Assembly (NCBI GenBank): GCA_963783795.1
Contig: CAWAPH010000036.1
Location: forward strand, 4,412 to 68,411
DNA from: an uncultured delta proteobacterium
GTDB lineage: Bacteria > Myxococcota_A > UBA9160 > UBA6930
DNA: 64,000 nt
Direction of reading: 5' to 3'
In this document: positions 62,890 through 64,000 of the stretch, one piece after another
Position numbering within the stretch: the first letter of the stretch is position 1
How the letters are laid out: each line of letters starts with the position of its first letter
Position numbers and translations under genes: made by a program
Notes under the pieces: generated by a model
Told to the model about the DNA's origin: nothing
The model's input: the letters and a program-made list of their open reading frames with translations, nothing else
The model's database searches: none

Positions 62890-64000
62890 TCAGCTCACCG
62901 CCTCGACACGGCAGGGGACGAATCGGTGGTATGGAGTCGCCGCCAACCGATCCCGATGGGTGTTCTTGGCCAGCCGGTTGGCATTGGCTCCGAACGTCTT
63001 CCCCTGGTGGATTAAGCCGAATCCGTGCGGCATCAGGAGATATCCGGGGCGGGTGGCTTCCGTCACCTCGAGCTCGATGGACTCCTCGCCGGCTTCCGTG
63101 CTCACTCGCACGATCTGCCCGTCTTTCAGACCGTTCTCTTCCGCGTCCTTGGGGTTCATGTACAAGGTGCAGGCCCGCTTGCCTTCGTTCCAGATGGGAT
63201 CACGCATGCATGAGTTGGCGTTCATATCCATGTGATTGCCCGAAGACATGATGAAGGGGAAGGCCCGGTCGGGCTCGAGCGCTGCTGCTTCCCTGGCCGG
63301 ATCGATCTCTTCCATCCACGCCCGGAGCTCGGGAACAGCCAGGTGAATGCGGCCATCTTCGGTCTCCAATCGCTCCAGGTTGTTGCTCGTGTCCACTTCC
63401 CCGGCCCAGATCCCCTGGGGATGCTCCAGACCGGCCTTGAAGATCTCCTCGCCCAGCAGCGGCCCGGGGGTGAAGCCCGCCCGGCCGGCATTCTGCTGGG
63501 CTTCCGGAGGCAGGGTCTGCAGCGCAGCCCAGACGGTGGCCAGGTTGATCGAACCCATGCTCTTGCCCAGGGTCCTGGCGAGGACGAAGGGAATGCGAGG
63601 AGCGACCTCGGGATTGGCTCCCATGTACTCCATCAAGGCAAGGCCGAACTTCAATCGGTCGCCAGCTGTCGGCTGCTTCGGAAAGTGATCCCGGTATGTC
63701 TGGAACCAGGCCGAGACGCTCCGCCAGCCGCGTGAAGATCTCCGCCGCCTCCAGCTGCTCTCCCTCCGGCTCGACCGACGGCTGGTTGATCTGGAAGAAC
63801 ACCTTGGGATAGCCGCCCAGTACGAGTCCCGTGTTCCACGACTCGAATCCAGAGAGATCGGGCAGAACATACTGGGATGCGGCCGCCGTCTCGGTCATGG
63901 CGACGTCGATGGTGACCAGCAGGTCCAGCTCTTCGAACGCTTCCTCGTAGGCCGTGGTGTCGGCGAAGGAGCGAAGCGGGTTGGCGGCGCTGACGATCAC
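62890..64000 (-). pseudogene. second molybdopterin oxidoreductase (C-terminal two-thirds; runs off the window) with one +1 frame change
   Basis: 'LDLLVTIDVAMTETAAASQYVLP...EAAEIFTRLAERLG' lies in ORF 63200..64000. 'WFQTYRDHFPK...FIMSSGNHMDMNANSCMRD...LLMPHGFG...VPCRVEAVS*' lies in ORF 62890..63870. The junction is at about 63710. Paralogous to 49991..52161. Confidence 0.75.

Noticed and set aside
1-64000. Search for CRISPR arrays, rRNA or tRNA genes, IS elements, integrases, prophage or defence-system genes.
   Set aside because: I saw no regularly spaced direct repeats, no rRNA-like or cloverleaf sequences, and no transposase-, integrase-, nuclease- or reverse-transcriptase-like translations. 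The window looks like core or accessory metabolic chromosome.

Overview
This is a GC-rich bacterial chromosomal segment; third codon positions are almost all G/C, and every real gene is shadowed by long R/A/G/P-rich ORFs on the opposite strand. I could support about 50 protein-coding genes. I found no rRNA, tRNA, CRISPR array, transposase or integrase. Gene content is metabolic and envelope-related. It includes two sulfatase types, a GH18 chitinase, a BNR sialidase-like protein, a FetAB-like exporter and a Ser/Thr kinase operon with a LysM-deacetylase and a TPR lipoprotein. It also includes a lysine-degradation cluster (lysine-6-dehydrogenase-like, ALDH7/AmaB, class-III aminotransferase) divergent from a 2-oxoacid:ferredoxin oxidoreductase. 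Further genes are a NarG/EbdA-like molybdoenzyme, an amidase-sulfatase fusion, MttB-family and saccharopine-dehydrogenase-like genes, a DUF2868/DUF3482-GTPase pair, acyl-CoA dehydrogenases, a haloalkane dehalogenase, an AspT-type transporter, a YeeE/YedE pair, a hybrid histidine kinase and a KstD-like flavoprotein. Many adjacent genes overlap by 4 nt (ATGA or GTGA), which suggests translational coupling. The most interesting signal is a MerB (organomercurial lyase)-fold gene at 23059..23661 (minus). Its only interruption is an in-frame TGA exactly at the catalytic Cys96-equivalent column, followed by a hairpin with a GU-containing loop, so it is a candidate selenocysteine-containing MerB-like enzyme. 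The second notable signal is a set of about 13 frame disruptions, all +1. Eight of them lie in one molybdopterin oxidoreductase gene. These indicate either gene decay or local insertion-type assembly error. All family assignments rest on motifs I recognised by eye; no searches were run.
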